This document shows, one piece after another, positions 32,211 through 46,636 of a stretch of DNA of 64,000 bases; positions within the stretch are counted from its first letter, which is position 1; each line of letters begins with the position of its first letter. The stretch comes from the human T2T-CHM13v2.0 reference genome, Homo sapiens. The DNA is taken from assembly GCF_009914755.1 (NCBI RefSeq), contig NC_060932.1. One strand, 5' to 3'. The notes below the pieces were generated by a model that had not been told where the DNA came from, searched no databases, and saw nothing but the letters and a program-made list of their open reading frames with translations. The position numbers were made by a program, and so were the translations under genes.

Positions 32211-32804
32211 AAGCAAGCAAGCAAACAAACAAAAACCTGGTAACTGGGCTTACATACTTAACTACTGTGCATTTCATAAAAATACAGAATATATTTATTT
32301 TAGAACATTGAAATTTTAATATAGAACAAGTTCAGCCAGTGGTCTTTTGAGTATTAATTGTATTTCATTTTCAGCTCTATCTGTCCTTTTGTCTCCTTCC
32401 TCAAACTAATCATTAAAACTTAATTCTTTCTTTTATTAGAATCACATATGCCTGCTTTCTACACACTGCATCTTGCTTGTTGGCATCTTTCCTGGTATAG
32501 GAAAATTTGTTTTCTTATCAGTAAATCTACACAGATGATTTTGTTTTTATTTTGTTTTTCTTTTAAACTATGAAAGACCTGTAATTTTTTTCAAAATTTT
32601 TATGGCATACCTTTTCTGATTAAGCTATACTGTTTTTCATCACTTAGATATGTGTTATACCTATCTGTGGCCTTCTGCAACTTTATTTGTATTATTAATT
32701 TCTCTTCTCCAAAAACAATAGAATCTATTTCTTGTGTATAGACTTGGGTGTAGACTACTGGAGCAAAGTACAGGTTCAAGGGAGGTCCATACTTGCTGCT
32801 TTCA

Positions 32805-32915
32805 TTTTTTTTTTACTTTTATTGATATATAATGGGTAAATAAAATTGTATGTATTTAAGATATACTATTTAATGTTTTGATATTTGTATGCACTGTGCA
32901 GTAAGTGTCACAATC
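32805..32915 (-). mobile_element. L1MA/MB 3' terminal fragment
   Basis: aaaattgtatgtatttaagatatactatttaatgttttgatat. Confidence 0.6.
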
Positions 32916-33269
32916 CTATCTTCCAATTTTACAGCTTTGTGATTTTGAATAATACTTAGTTTTCTTATTGCTAAAATGAGGATAGGATAATACTTCATTA
33001 GGTTAATGTAAATATAAAATTAAAAGTGATTATATGTATAAAATAGAAAAGCCCACAGTATTAGTTTGCTTTACTATCCACCAGTGTAATTACAGATTTT
33101 GCAGACTCTGGGTGCTTGAAGGTTGATTGAATCAAATAATTTCTAAATACTTAAAGAATTTTTTTTCTTCTATTAAACCATAGAAGAGACAAAACAAAGT
33201 TTCCCATCTGTAAAGAATGGAGTGAAAGTTACTAGCAGCGCAAGTCTCTGAACTATTATTTCCCAGTGT

Positions 33270-33420
33270 CGTGATTATGTGCCTAGAACTTAAACTGGAT
33301 TCAAATCCCAGCTCTGAAACTTTCTAGGGTTATGGTTTACACCAAGTTACTTAATCTTTCTGGGCCTCTTTTTTCTTCTTGTCTCTATAATAGAGATAAT
33401 TTGGATATACATTACAAGTA
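33270..33420 (+). mobile_element. MIR fragment
   Basis: ggattcaaatcccagctctg...caagttacttaatctttctgggcctc. Confidence 0.75.
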
Positions 33421-34817
33421 TTCAGCCAATATTAATTTTTACATTTTTGGGGTACAGATGACTATCATAAAGTTTTAAATTTCCAGGTTTATTATAAGAA
33501 GAAAAAATAAGTGTCATAATCAATGAATAAGCAAGGAAACAAACAAAAAACCGGAAATACATTGCAGTATTGAGATCAGATTCCCAGAAATCATAAAAGA
33601 TATACAATACATTCAGCTTTAAGTTATATTTAATAATAATTTATAAACATTCAATATACGCATAAAGACATCTTTAAATGGATATTTCTCTAAATTTTGA
33701 TTTTTCTTCTTGTTTCAAATCAGAGATTTAATCTAAATCACAGTATGTTTCAGTAAAGAGCTACAGGTTTTTTGTTTTTGCTGTTAGTGTGATTGAGTGG
33801 GTCATAAACTTTAATTAATTTTTAATAAACTATGTTACTGCCTAAACTTTTTACCATCAAATGGAATCATTGTCATGTAATGATGGCTTTCAGATTTGCT
33901 AATGTAATGCCTTGGTGGTAGAAGGACAACTTTTGAGGAAGCTATTAACTAGTGCTCCAAGAAGTTCTGTGAAATTCATTTAAACACTGAGTGGGGAGGG
34001 GTTGGAGAAGCATGGGCAGAGTCTCAGTGCTCACTCCCAGTGCAACTAAAATGACCAATACTGTTTATACATTGAACTTTCTTAAGTAATAGGAGATGGG
34101 GGGATGTTGCTAGCTGCTTTTTACAGTACAATGTGTTTAGGAACATTCAGCAGCTAAGAGAAAAGAATGCTTAATTATTCTGTATAATGAGCAAGATACT
34201 TTTGTGCTATAGAACAGTCTGCTAAGGATGGATGAAAGATGAAAAGGAAGGACAGAGGAGCAGAAGAGAAGCTAAGATTGTGTGAAAGAGGGTCAGTACA
34301 GCATTTCTGTCATGGAAAGACCCAACGGTCATGCCTTTGCTTCCACTGGAGATTGTGTTGTTTCTGTAACATAAGACTCTCCTTTAGCTCTCCCCCATGT
34401 AGTAAATAGAATTTGTTAAGTCGTGAATGCTCTTTATATTGCTAAGAGGGCTGAAAAAAATGTTTGAAACCATGATTAGAAGCAGTTTCCTTGGAAAGGG
34501 GCATTGAGGAGATAGAAAATTCCATAAAAATATCATCACAGAAATTTCTATAAATCCAAGGCATAAGGCCCAGCTTTCATGAGATCTAGAATTTTGGGGG
34601 TTGAAAGTGCTGAACCAACAGGTTTAGAATGCCCAACTGGAATCTGGAATGCATGGATATTATTTCACTTACAGAAAGGATTTGTACTTAGTTTGAAAAG
34701 CATTCCTGTAGGTGACTGTATTTTAAATTTATATCTTGTTTTGAGTGCACAAATGGCTGTATCACTTCCCATACACCATGAACATTTCTATGAAGTTGAA
34801 TCTACTACAAGAAAGAC

Positions 34818-34838
34818 AAAAAAAAAAAAAAAAAAAAA
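34818..34838 (+). repeat. A21 homopolymer
   Basis: Direct read; not attached to a recognisable SINE. Confidence 0.9.
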
Positions 34839-37800
34839 GGTTTAACCCAACCCTGGATTGGAGGCAACATCCATGTGGACAGAGTGGAAATCACAATTAC
34901 AAAGGAACAATTAATTGATTTCCAAAAGCTAACTCAATGAGGCCAAAGAGGGCCCTTGGCAAGGGAACCTTAGCTACTTCATATTTCAGTACATGTTTTC
35001 TATATATTATGCCTTTCTCTAGGATGCAGTATTAGCTAGTCAATACATGGCTTCACCATTCTAAGCCACTTCATTGATCAAAACATGATTCCCTTCTAGA
35101 AACCTCCCAAGGTCTAACACAATACCACACAAAAAGTTGTCATCAACATTCTTTTTGTTGAATGAATAAATGAATGAATGAATGCCCATTTAGAGGTTTT
35201 TAAATACCATTTTCTCTATTGCTAAAATTTTTCAAATCTATTTTCCAGATTTTTTATCATGAAAGGAGAAATATAAATACCAATCTTATAATAATAGTAC
35301 TTTATGAACTGTGAAGGTAATAATAATAAATATTTAATAATGTCATCTGGTAGTAGTAGAATTTGAATCTAAATGATAGTCACACAAAGTCACCTGTGTG
35401 TGATTATGATTGGAGAACCTGTAGAGCCTATTCACATGAGTATCAAGGAGACTTCCAAGGAGAAGCTCATTCTAAGAGACAGTCAGAAAAGTAATCTGTA
35501 AGTAATAGGTTGGGGTTAAAGACTATGTTGCAATTTGGGCCTTTGTTGATTGTATTAACTTTTAGTCCTAATTGCTTCCCTTTCCCCTGTTTCTTCTTAA
35601 TTTGTGCCAGAGTAGAGGAGTGAAAATATAGAAAAAAAATTTTTAATAGCTACTTAATTAAAACATCTGTTAGGCATTGGTTACATAAGTCAGCACTATC
35701 CTGGGATCCGTATAAGAGAAACATGGGCAAAAAAAGTATAGTGTTATGCTAGGAACAGACCCTTTTACTCAAGGAAGTGTTGTGCCAAACAGGCAACTAG
35801 ATAGATAATTCCTCAACACTGTGAAAAAGGAATGCATTCTCATTTAAGATCATTTGTGTGGGCACAAGAGACTATTCAGAGGCTTCTCATATCAGAGTAA
35901 TGATCTGAGCATTAAAGAAGGAGCAGAAGCCAGTTAGAAGAGCAATGTTTCATGGCAGGGAGAATAGGAATAAGGAAGCACACAGACATGAGACAAAACT
36001 CAATTCGCGTGACACTTTGGCAAACTATATGCAATCATCTACTAAATTATTTAGGTTTATCTAAATAGGTCATTAAAAGGTGTTAATTCTGAACTACTCA
36101 GAAGAAATAGACTCATTTATTCAAGTTGGCTTGTTAATTCCTTTGAACTTCTTATGCCTCTTACATTGCACTTTTTAATGTTGACTCTGGTTATTTCTAT
36201 TGGTTGTCTCTCTTTTCAGCTGGGTTTTTATAATATCTTAGGTCAGATTTCATCGTGCCAAGCAATGGCTAAGAATCCTTTTCTTGATTATACAAAAGCT
36301 CCAAAACTTTTTGTCCTCATATCACCTCAATTACAGTCTTTGTATAACAGAAACCAAGTTCTATATTTTTATATAAACTTTCCTAGGACAAAGGTTCACA
36401 AATCAAACTGGGTATTCTTTTTGCTTAGATGGTCTTGGTAGCTGGATGCCTCAATCCGCCACCTCACAAGTGTGCAGTTTCTCATGATAAACTAAAAAAA
36501 AAACTTTCATTTAAAACTTTACGATGTGCTCCGATATCCATTCCAGGTGCCTGTGGTTCAGATAGATATTTTTGGCAATGTTCTGCAAAGTGGGAAAAAC
36601 ATTTCTCTGTAGGTTTCTGTGAAATACTTGTGATTTTTTTCATGTGCATCGTGCTAATAGCAACTTCTAATCAGCAGGAAACAGGGGGCATGAAAAAATT
36701 ATCCATTAAGTGAGTCATGTAAGGTAAGCGAAAGACAGAGAGGTTTGCTGATGCTTAAAAGTGATATTTTTACATTTTTGTCAAAGACTATTTCTCATAA
36801 ATGTTTTAACATATGCTAAGCTGAAAGCATTTTGGTTCAATTGTTAGTGAGGTAACAAAATCTCAATATTTTTAACATGAATGTTTTTAAAGAACTCAAA
36901 AATAGCTATGGGGTTTTTCCAAGGCTTACTTAAAAATCACTTTTGAGTTGAGATGCCAAAACTTTAAAATCACTTTTGCAAAACAGGAAATATACTTAAA
37001 TTTACCAATTAATACAGAAATAAAATTTAAAAGCCAAAGAATAAAACCAGAAAAAACCTAAATGTTAGAAATAGTATCATTTCTAAAGAACTTTAAAAAC
37101 TAAACTGTTAAAGTACAATTCTATTTATATTACTACCTAGTTTTCTGATTTTTTAAAATTTTATTCAAAAAAATTTAAATCTATGTGAGTTGTTAAGAAT
37201 AGTGTGTTCACCAAAGGGTAACAAATTTTTCACATTTGCTTTGACTTTCTCAAATACTTTAGCATGTACCTTCAAAAAACTAGGGTACTATCCTATATTA
37301 GTATAATAAAATTATCACACTCAGGAAATGCAACATTGAAAATATAATTTTTATCATATAGTTTATATTCAAGTTCCTCGATTGTCCCAATAGAATCCTT
37401 AATAGATATTTAAAAATCAAGAATACATTAATAATATATTTAGCAGTTATTCTCTGTAGTCTGTTAATAAAGATTAATTATTAATAAATTGTTAAAATTG
37501 TTAAAATTTTGCAGGAGTGTCCTACTCTAATATTTGATTCTATGGCATTAGATGGCCATATTTCATTATGAGGGGTAGAACGTTGTTGCAGTTGTAGATT
37601 CATTATTTTCTTTGCCTTTCCATTATCGGTCTTAGAAAATGTTTGGGATAATTTGTTAGCCAGATTAATTAAATCAGTGGTGAACACTGTTAACTTGGAC
37701 AACTCTTTAGCTATGCTTCTTACGTTTGATTTTTGTCCAGGGTCCATGGGGAGTGTTTAAGAGAGTGCCCTCATTATTTAGATGGAGCTTAAAAGGGTGA

Positions 37801-38255
37801 ACAGGTTTAGAGGAAACAGGGGAATCAAGGCAAATTTTGAGTTCAGAAGAGTAGAAAGGAAGTTCAGCAAGTATAGGTTATAGACGCAGGAAAGCAGAAG
37901 TGGGGGAGTGAGCATTGGAGAAAGAAACCTGAGACTTTTTAAAACTATTCATTGACTCAATGGTCATTCTGAAGCATGTTATTTAATTTTTCACTTATTT
38001 TTACAGTTTTCAATGTTCCTTTTGAAATTGATTTCTATTTTTATTCTGTTAGTCTGATAAGATACTTGATATAATTCTAAGTTTTAAAAATTTGTTAAGA
38101 TTGTTTTATTCAGCCATCTTTTATTTTGATATAATTTCAAACTTAAAGTAGGGAGATTAATGCCAAAAACTTATGTAGTACAATGGTGTATACACTATAT
38201 ACTTTATATTACAGTATAATTATAGAAATCGGGAAACAACATTGATACAATACTA

Positions 38256-38613
38256 CAATAGCCTTCCGTTATGCATGGTTTCATTTTCTGTGGTTTCGGT
38301 TACTCATAGTCAACTGTGATCCAGAAATATTAAATGAACACTTCCAGACGGAAACAATTTATAAGATTTAAATTGCATGCTGTTTTGAGTAGTGTGATAA
38401 AATCTTAAGCCATCTCACTCTGGGGTGTGGATAATTCCTTTGTCCAGAGTATCCTTACTGTACACACTACCTGCCTGTTAGGCATCTAGTAGCCATCTCA
38501 GTTATCTGATTGAAAACACCTAAGAGTTCAGATAGGGTTCAGTACTATCTGAAGTTTCAGGCATCTACTGGGGGTGTTGGAACTCAATCCCCATGGATAA
38601 GGGGCAACTCCTA
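38256..38613 (+). mobile_element. MER44A inserted in L1MC-like fragments (about 37150-38750)
   Basis: ggtttcattttctgtggtttcggttact...ggataaggggcaact; opposite orientation to the MER44B at 7538. Confidence 0.85.
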
Positions 38614-39003
38614 TGTGATCTAACATATAGTCCACATTTAAATTTCTTCAATTGTAGTAATAATATCTCTTCTAGCTACCTTTTTCCCCCAGTCCAGGCT
38701 CCACTTCAGGATCACTCCTTATATTTACTTGTCATCTTTCTTTTGTTTAATTAAAGGTGGAATTGTTCCACAGAATTTCTTCATGCTTTATAAGTAGGAG
38801 CAGGAAATACGAGAAAGAGGAGAGAATACACATTTTTAGCTTACAGCTTGATGCAGGATTGACAGCATGGTATGTCTTGACTTCAGCCGTGTCTGTATTT
38901 GACAAACTTCCATGGTTCTTTCTGGTCGCTTACTCTGTTTCCTGGTGATCCTCTGTCTCAGTGGTCTTCCACTTGTGACATATAACAGTTATTTTTATGC
39001 TTT

Positions 39004-40498
39004 TGTGTCCCAAATTTGTGGGTTCTTGGTCTTACTGATTTCAAGAATGAAGCCGTGGACACTCGCGGTGTTACAGTTCTTAAAGGTGGTGTGTCCGGAG
39101 TTTGTTCCTTCTGACGTTCAGACGTGTTCGGAGTTTCTTCCTTCTGGTGGGTTTGTGGTCTCGCTGGCTTCAGGAGTGAAGCTGCAGACCTTCGTGGTGA
39201 GTGTTACAGCTCTTAAGGCGGCACATTTGGAGTTGTTTGTTCCTCCCATCAGGAGCTGTTCATTCCTCCCTGTGGGTTTGTGGTTTCACTGGCCTCAGAA
39301 CTGAAGCTGCAGAACTTCGCAGTGAGTGTTACAGCTGATAAAGGTATTGCGGACCCAAAGAGTGAGCAGCAGCAAGATTTATTGCAAAGAGTGAAACAAT
39401 AAAGCTTCCACAATGTGCAAGGGGACCCAAGTGGGTTGTTGCTGCTGCTGGCTGGGGCAGCCTGCCTTTATTCCCTTATCTAACCCCACCCACATCCTGC
39501 TGATTGGTCCATTTTGACAGGGTGCTGATTGGTGTGTTTACAAACCTTGAGCCAGACACAGAGTGCTGATTGGTGCATTTACAATCCTCTAGCTAGACAT
39601 TAAAGTTCTCCAAGTCCCCACCAGATTAGCTAGATACAGAGTGCTGATTGGTGCATCCACAAACCCCGAGCTAGACACAGAGTGCTGATTGGTGCATTTA
39701 CAATCCTCTAGCTAGACATAAAAGTTCTCCAAGTCTCCACTAGATTAGCTAGACACAGAACACTGATTGGTGCATTTACAAACCTTGAGCTAGACACAGA
39801 GTGCTGATTGGTGCATTTACAATCCTCTAGCTAGACATAAAAGTTCTCCAAGTCCCCAGCCAACTCAGGAGCCCAACTGGCTTACCCTAGTGGATCCTGC
39901 ACCGGGGAGGCAGGCAGAGCTGCCTGCCAGTCTTGCGCCGTGTGCTCACACTCCTCAGCCCTTGGGCAGTGGATGAGGCTGGACACTGCGGAGAAGGGGG
40001 TGGCACCAGTCGGGGAGGCTCGGGCCACTCGGCAGCCCAGGATGTGGAGGGGCTCGGGCATGGCGGGCTGCAGGTCATGAGCCTTGCCCCACAGGGTGGC
40101 TGAGGCCCCACGAGAATTTGAGCACAGCGCGGGCGGGCAGGCAGTGCTGGGGCACCCAGCGCACACTCCGCAGCTGCTGGCCCGGGTGCTAAGCCTCTAA
40201 CTCCCTGGGGCTGGCGGCACCCGCCGGCCGCTCCGAGTGTGGGGCCGCCCAGCCCGCGCCCACCCAGAACTTGCGCTGGCCTGCGAGCGCCCCGTGCAGC
40301 CCCGGTTCCCGCCGGCGCCTCTCCCTCCACACCTCCCAGCAAGCAGAGGGGGCAGACTCCCGCCTCGGCTAGCACAGAGAGGCGCTCCCACAGTGCAGCG
40401 GCGGGCTGAAGGGCTCCTCAAGCACGGCAAGAGTGGACGCCTTGGCCTGAGGAGGTGCCGAGAGCCAGCGAGGGCTGCTAGCATGTTGTCACCTCTCA
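39004..40498 (-). mobile_element. ERV9 solo LTR (LTR12D-like), full length, about 1.5 kb
   Basis: Minus-strand start tgagaggtgacaac, end ggacaca; CCAAT repeat array; GC/CpG-rich U3; TSD cttt/gttt. Confidence 0.95.
39465..39860 (-). promoter_or_regulatory. LTR12 promoter/enhancer: 7 CCAAT (NF-Y) boxes, GATA site, TATA-like box
   Basis: ctgattggt occurs 7 times in about 40-bp and 79-bp repeat units; the minus strand reads AGATAAGGGAATAAAGG near 39465-39481. Confidence 0.75.
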
Positions 40499-42099
40499 GT
40501 TTCACTGCCCTGTAATATTCACATACAGCTCTACTTTCCTGGTATTTTTAGGGTAAGTTACTCTGCCAGTAGGGTATTTTGAATACTTTGTTAGATATCT
40601 TAATGAATTAAAATGATTTTTTTAAAATTTTTAAAATCATATATTTGCTATTTAAAAACCAAATAGGCTATTTTCCAGGCTTTCTGTGTGGTAGATAAGT
40701 TTTTGGCAAGTTTGGGCCAACTTGTATTCTGAGGTAGTGTTCTCCAGCGTCCCACTATCTCTAAGCCGATACTGCTTCTCATATCTTCTAAACTTTCTCT
40801 AACTGTGAAGATCTAAGTATTGTTGGTGTATTTAGCCACAACGCTGATGTAGAGGCCAGAAGCAGAAATAATGGAAGCATTAATCAATTCATTGCCTGCC
40901 TGGCGAAAGCATGGAAGTGGGTTTTGGGAATTTTAGGAAGACAAAGGGCTCTAACACCAAGAGACTATCTAGCTCAGAAAGTGCTTGTGGCAATTTTGCA
41001 TTGGGTAATTTAATTGAAACAGAATTTTCTATTTATTCAAATGTAGGGAGACTTGAATTAAACACATTTAGGTTTGTTATTGACTTCTGTCAAAGGAATG
41101 AAAATAAAAGGCATAAAACAAACAAAAAATAAAAAAACAGAAAAAAGTACAAGTGAGACATTATTGCACATGTGAGTAGATAGGGTTATTTGCATATTTT
41201 TTCTCCAAGTTTCTGATCATTTAATTTTTCTCTTAACTCATATTTTTGCTTTCTATGAAGTTATTAATCTGTCATATCTATTTGTAACAGTCACTTTTTA
41301 TAAAACTGATTATTCAGATGGCTTGCAATTTTGAAGCCATCTTTTTGTAGTATTCAGAAACTTTTTTTTTTATAGGATGATGTTACGATTTTCTCACACC
41401 AATGTACATTATTTCTTATATTTTTGAACTGACTTTTCTTTACATTTGCGATTTGACATTCAGACACATTAAAGTTAAGTGGCCGGGACATTTGAAAGAA
41501 ATTGGAGGTTATCATAGAAGTGCCTTTCTACTGGTGAAGCACTCAGATACCAGAGACATTCTTTTGAATTTATTTAAAAGTTAAAAACACAGTATTGCTA
41601 TTTAAATAATTTTTCCATATAATAATTCCTTAAAAAGTTGTAATTGCTTAAGTTTTACTACTGATTGTAGTCATTTGTGTGATTGTATCTGTGATTTATG
41701 CGCTTTAATGTTGCAATTGTCTGGCATTTTTCTATGATTATATCCATGACTGGTATTCTTTATGGTGCAATTGTGTGGTAATAATCTGATTATGTTGCTA
41801 TTAAGATTTTTACATAACTTTCTCTCAGGACACATTTGAAGAATAGAGGCTTTATTTCCCAGAGTGTAAGCTCCTGTGTAAAGCAAATCAGTTCACCTGG
41901 CTTGATAAATTGTTTTTTTCCAATTCAACAGGCTGAATGATTTTCAGAAGAAAACCACCATGTTCACTTTTCATATTATAAATTAAGAGAATGTAAGTTA
42001 GAAATACATATTTTACTAAAATTCTTAACTTCTTAAAATGAAATCAGAGAAAAAGTTCTAGTAATAAAGAATACAAATGAATGGCCAGAATATTTGGGA

Positions 42100-43110
42100 A
42101 TATTCTGATACTGATCAAAATCAGTATCCTTTGACTCCATTGAGAGCAGATTCAGTGGAATTATGGGGATAGAAGCCAGGAATCAAGGAGAGACAAAGAA
42201 AGGCACACAGTATGGGTAGGCTATTTTGCAGGGGGGCAATAGTGAAGAAAAGGAGAAAGATAGGATAATATACACAGGGTAATATATGTTGGGAGGTTCT
42301 TATTTCTTTTATTTTTTAACACGGGGTAAAAGATTATAAAACATATATAAGAAAATTAAAGAAAAGATAAAGGTCTCTGAAGAGGTTCAGAGCTTTACTG
42401 TTGTTCAAAGTTTACTTTGGACAGACACCTAGGCACTTCTTTTACTGAGATACAAAAGTAGGAGGTAAGGTGATGTGTATGGACAAATTCATTTGTGAGT
42501 GGAGGTACAAAGTTGAAGAAATTTCTGCTTGGTCACTCCATTTGCTGTAGTTTATGAAGATACATTTTTGTCTATCAAGGAAGAGCATAGAGGTGTACAT
42601 AAGCATGAGGATGGACTGGAGAATTAGAAGAAAATATTGAACTATAGGAGACCTTAGAGTGGAGAGGCTGATGGCGTTTGCAGTTGGGAACAAATAGAAA
42701 GATTGTTGACTGACGTTGGACAGAGAAGATTTGGTTTGGGACAGAGGTATTTTTGTTGTTGTTGTTTGTTTGTTTTTCAGTGCTTAACATCCTGTATGTA
42801 AAAGCAGGGAAAGCAAAGGAGTGATTTCTTAATGGTGATTTATGGATCCAGTGTAGTAGAAGGACAAAATAAAAGTGATTGTGAGTAATGGCTGAAGAGT
42901 ACTTGAAAGTGATGGAGTACAGTGTCTGGTTCAAACAGGGATAGAAATGTAGATGTTAGGAGGCTGATGACCAAAGTAAATAAAACGACCAATGTTCTGG
43001 GGTCTTGATAAAATTTACTAACTTGTATTGTGAGAGTAAGAAAGCAAAAGTGTTTACATTGTAAGTGTTTTAAATAAGAAAATGAGATTTTAGATTGAAA
43101 TGCTCTGAAA
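42100..43110 (-). mobile_element. L2 fragments (very decayed)
   Basis: gagagcagattcagtggaattatggggatagaagccag; purine-rich L2-like text. Confidence 0.5.
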
Positions 43111-43370
43111 GTACTGTTAGTTGGCAGGGTGACAAGAGAATTGATTTTAAGACCAACAACATGGTTCATAATTACTCAAGTTAGTTTATATATTCTCTTG
43201 ATTTTTTTAAAGTTTGAGATATAACTGCATAATTCATTGGTTCTCAACAGTGTCTCCATGTTGAGGGAGATATTTTCCTGATCAAAAATATATCTTGGAC
43301 CAACACATTTCCAGCAGTAATATGCAACCTCCATTGAAAACCACTAAGTTTCATCATCAAGGAGGGTTAG

Positions 43371-43790
43371 AACTGTGTTGTCCAGGATGTTAGCTACTAA
43401 CTACATGAAGCTATTGAGCATTTAAGATATGGCTAGACCAGTGGATAAATTAATTTTAATTTTACTTACTTTTAATTTAAGTTTAAAAACCAAACTGTTG
43501 TAAACCTATTTCTATTAATAAATCTTTACTGTTTTGGTGTGGTGACATTTCTCTTTAACCATAAAACTATGTGAAATATTATTATGTATTACACTGAGTA
43601 TGACAGGTATATTATTCACAGTATTTCATCAGTAATTTTTTATGTTGATTGCATACCAAAATAAAAATATTTTACAAAATATATTATTAAAATTAATTTC
43701 ACCTGTTTCTTTTTTGCTCTTTAAAACTTCGTTACAAAAATATTTAAAATTATGCATATAGTTTGTATTATATTTCTATGGACAAAGCAA
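43371..43790. mobile_element. hAT-Charlie MITE (MER33/MER3-like)
   Basis: ctgtgttgtcca...agctattgagcatttaagatatggctag ... tatatttctatggaca ends. Confidence 0.7.
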
Positions 43791-44531
43791 ACTTGGAGTT
43801 TGCATGATTATAGCTTACTTTTGGTAGCTAATAATCAAAGAAAAATAATACAGATATCTTTGTCTCTACAAATATATAGAGACAGAATACATTTGCATGC
43901 ATTCCTTTATGTTTAGGAAAGCAAACATTTGGAAATATAATATATTTGAGGATAAGCTGATGACTCAGAATTTTTGTTGTCAAATTTTACTTGTACATTT
44001 AGGAGAATAACTATATATTTTTTTAAATTATATGTTACTAGAAAAATAAAAATTATGGCAAATGTGAGAGGCCAAGTTTCCAAAGAGTACAGAAACAGAG
44101 TTTGGCCTCAACATATTGCACATTGCTTTTCGCTTCACCTTTATTCCCCAAGGGACATCTGCTTATTTTTGGTGGAAGAGGGCAGACTGACACAAAAGGG
44201 AAGCACAGAGCAGTAATCCAAACATTACACGTTTTCTCTTGAGACATTTTCTGATAGCTAAGCTCGTCAGGACAAGCAGCTAAAATTAAGATGCCTCAAT
44301 CTCCCCAAATTCCCATCTTTGTATCCAAAGTCAGCAAGCCTGCTATATTTTGCTTAGGTCCCCGTTCCTGAACTGGGTCTGGTAAATGCTTTCCTATAAA
44401 CAGCTTAAGTGATATTAAAATTTTATTCCTTTATTTTTTTTTAACCAAGGATCACAGCGCTTTCTAATACCTGAAAAGCGTTGTGGTTTTTTTTTTTTTT
44501 TGCATTATTTTTCAGTTTCTTTGTAAAAAGA

Positions 44532-46636
<2,105 letters not shown>

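Noticed and set aside
34740-34845. Orphan A21 tract as the tail of a retrocopy
   Set aside because: No AATAAA shortly upstream, no TSD, and no recognisable source transcript.
39495-39860. Repeat array superficially resembling a CRISPR array
   Set aside because: The intervening segments are themselves repeated. This is the standard LTR12 CCAAT enhancer array in eukaryotic DNA, with no cas genes.
38912-40515. Several overlapping 90-160 aa ORFs
   Set aside because: Stop-poor GC-rich LTR12 sequence with no recognisable domain.
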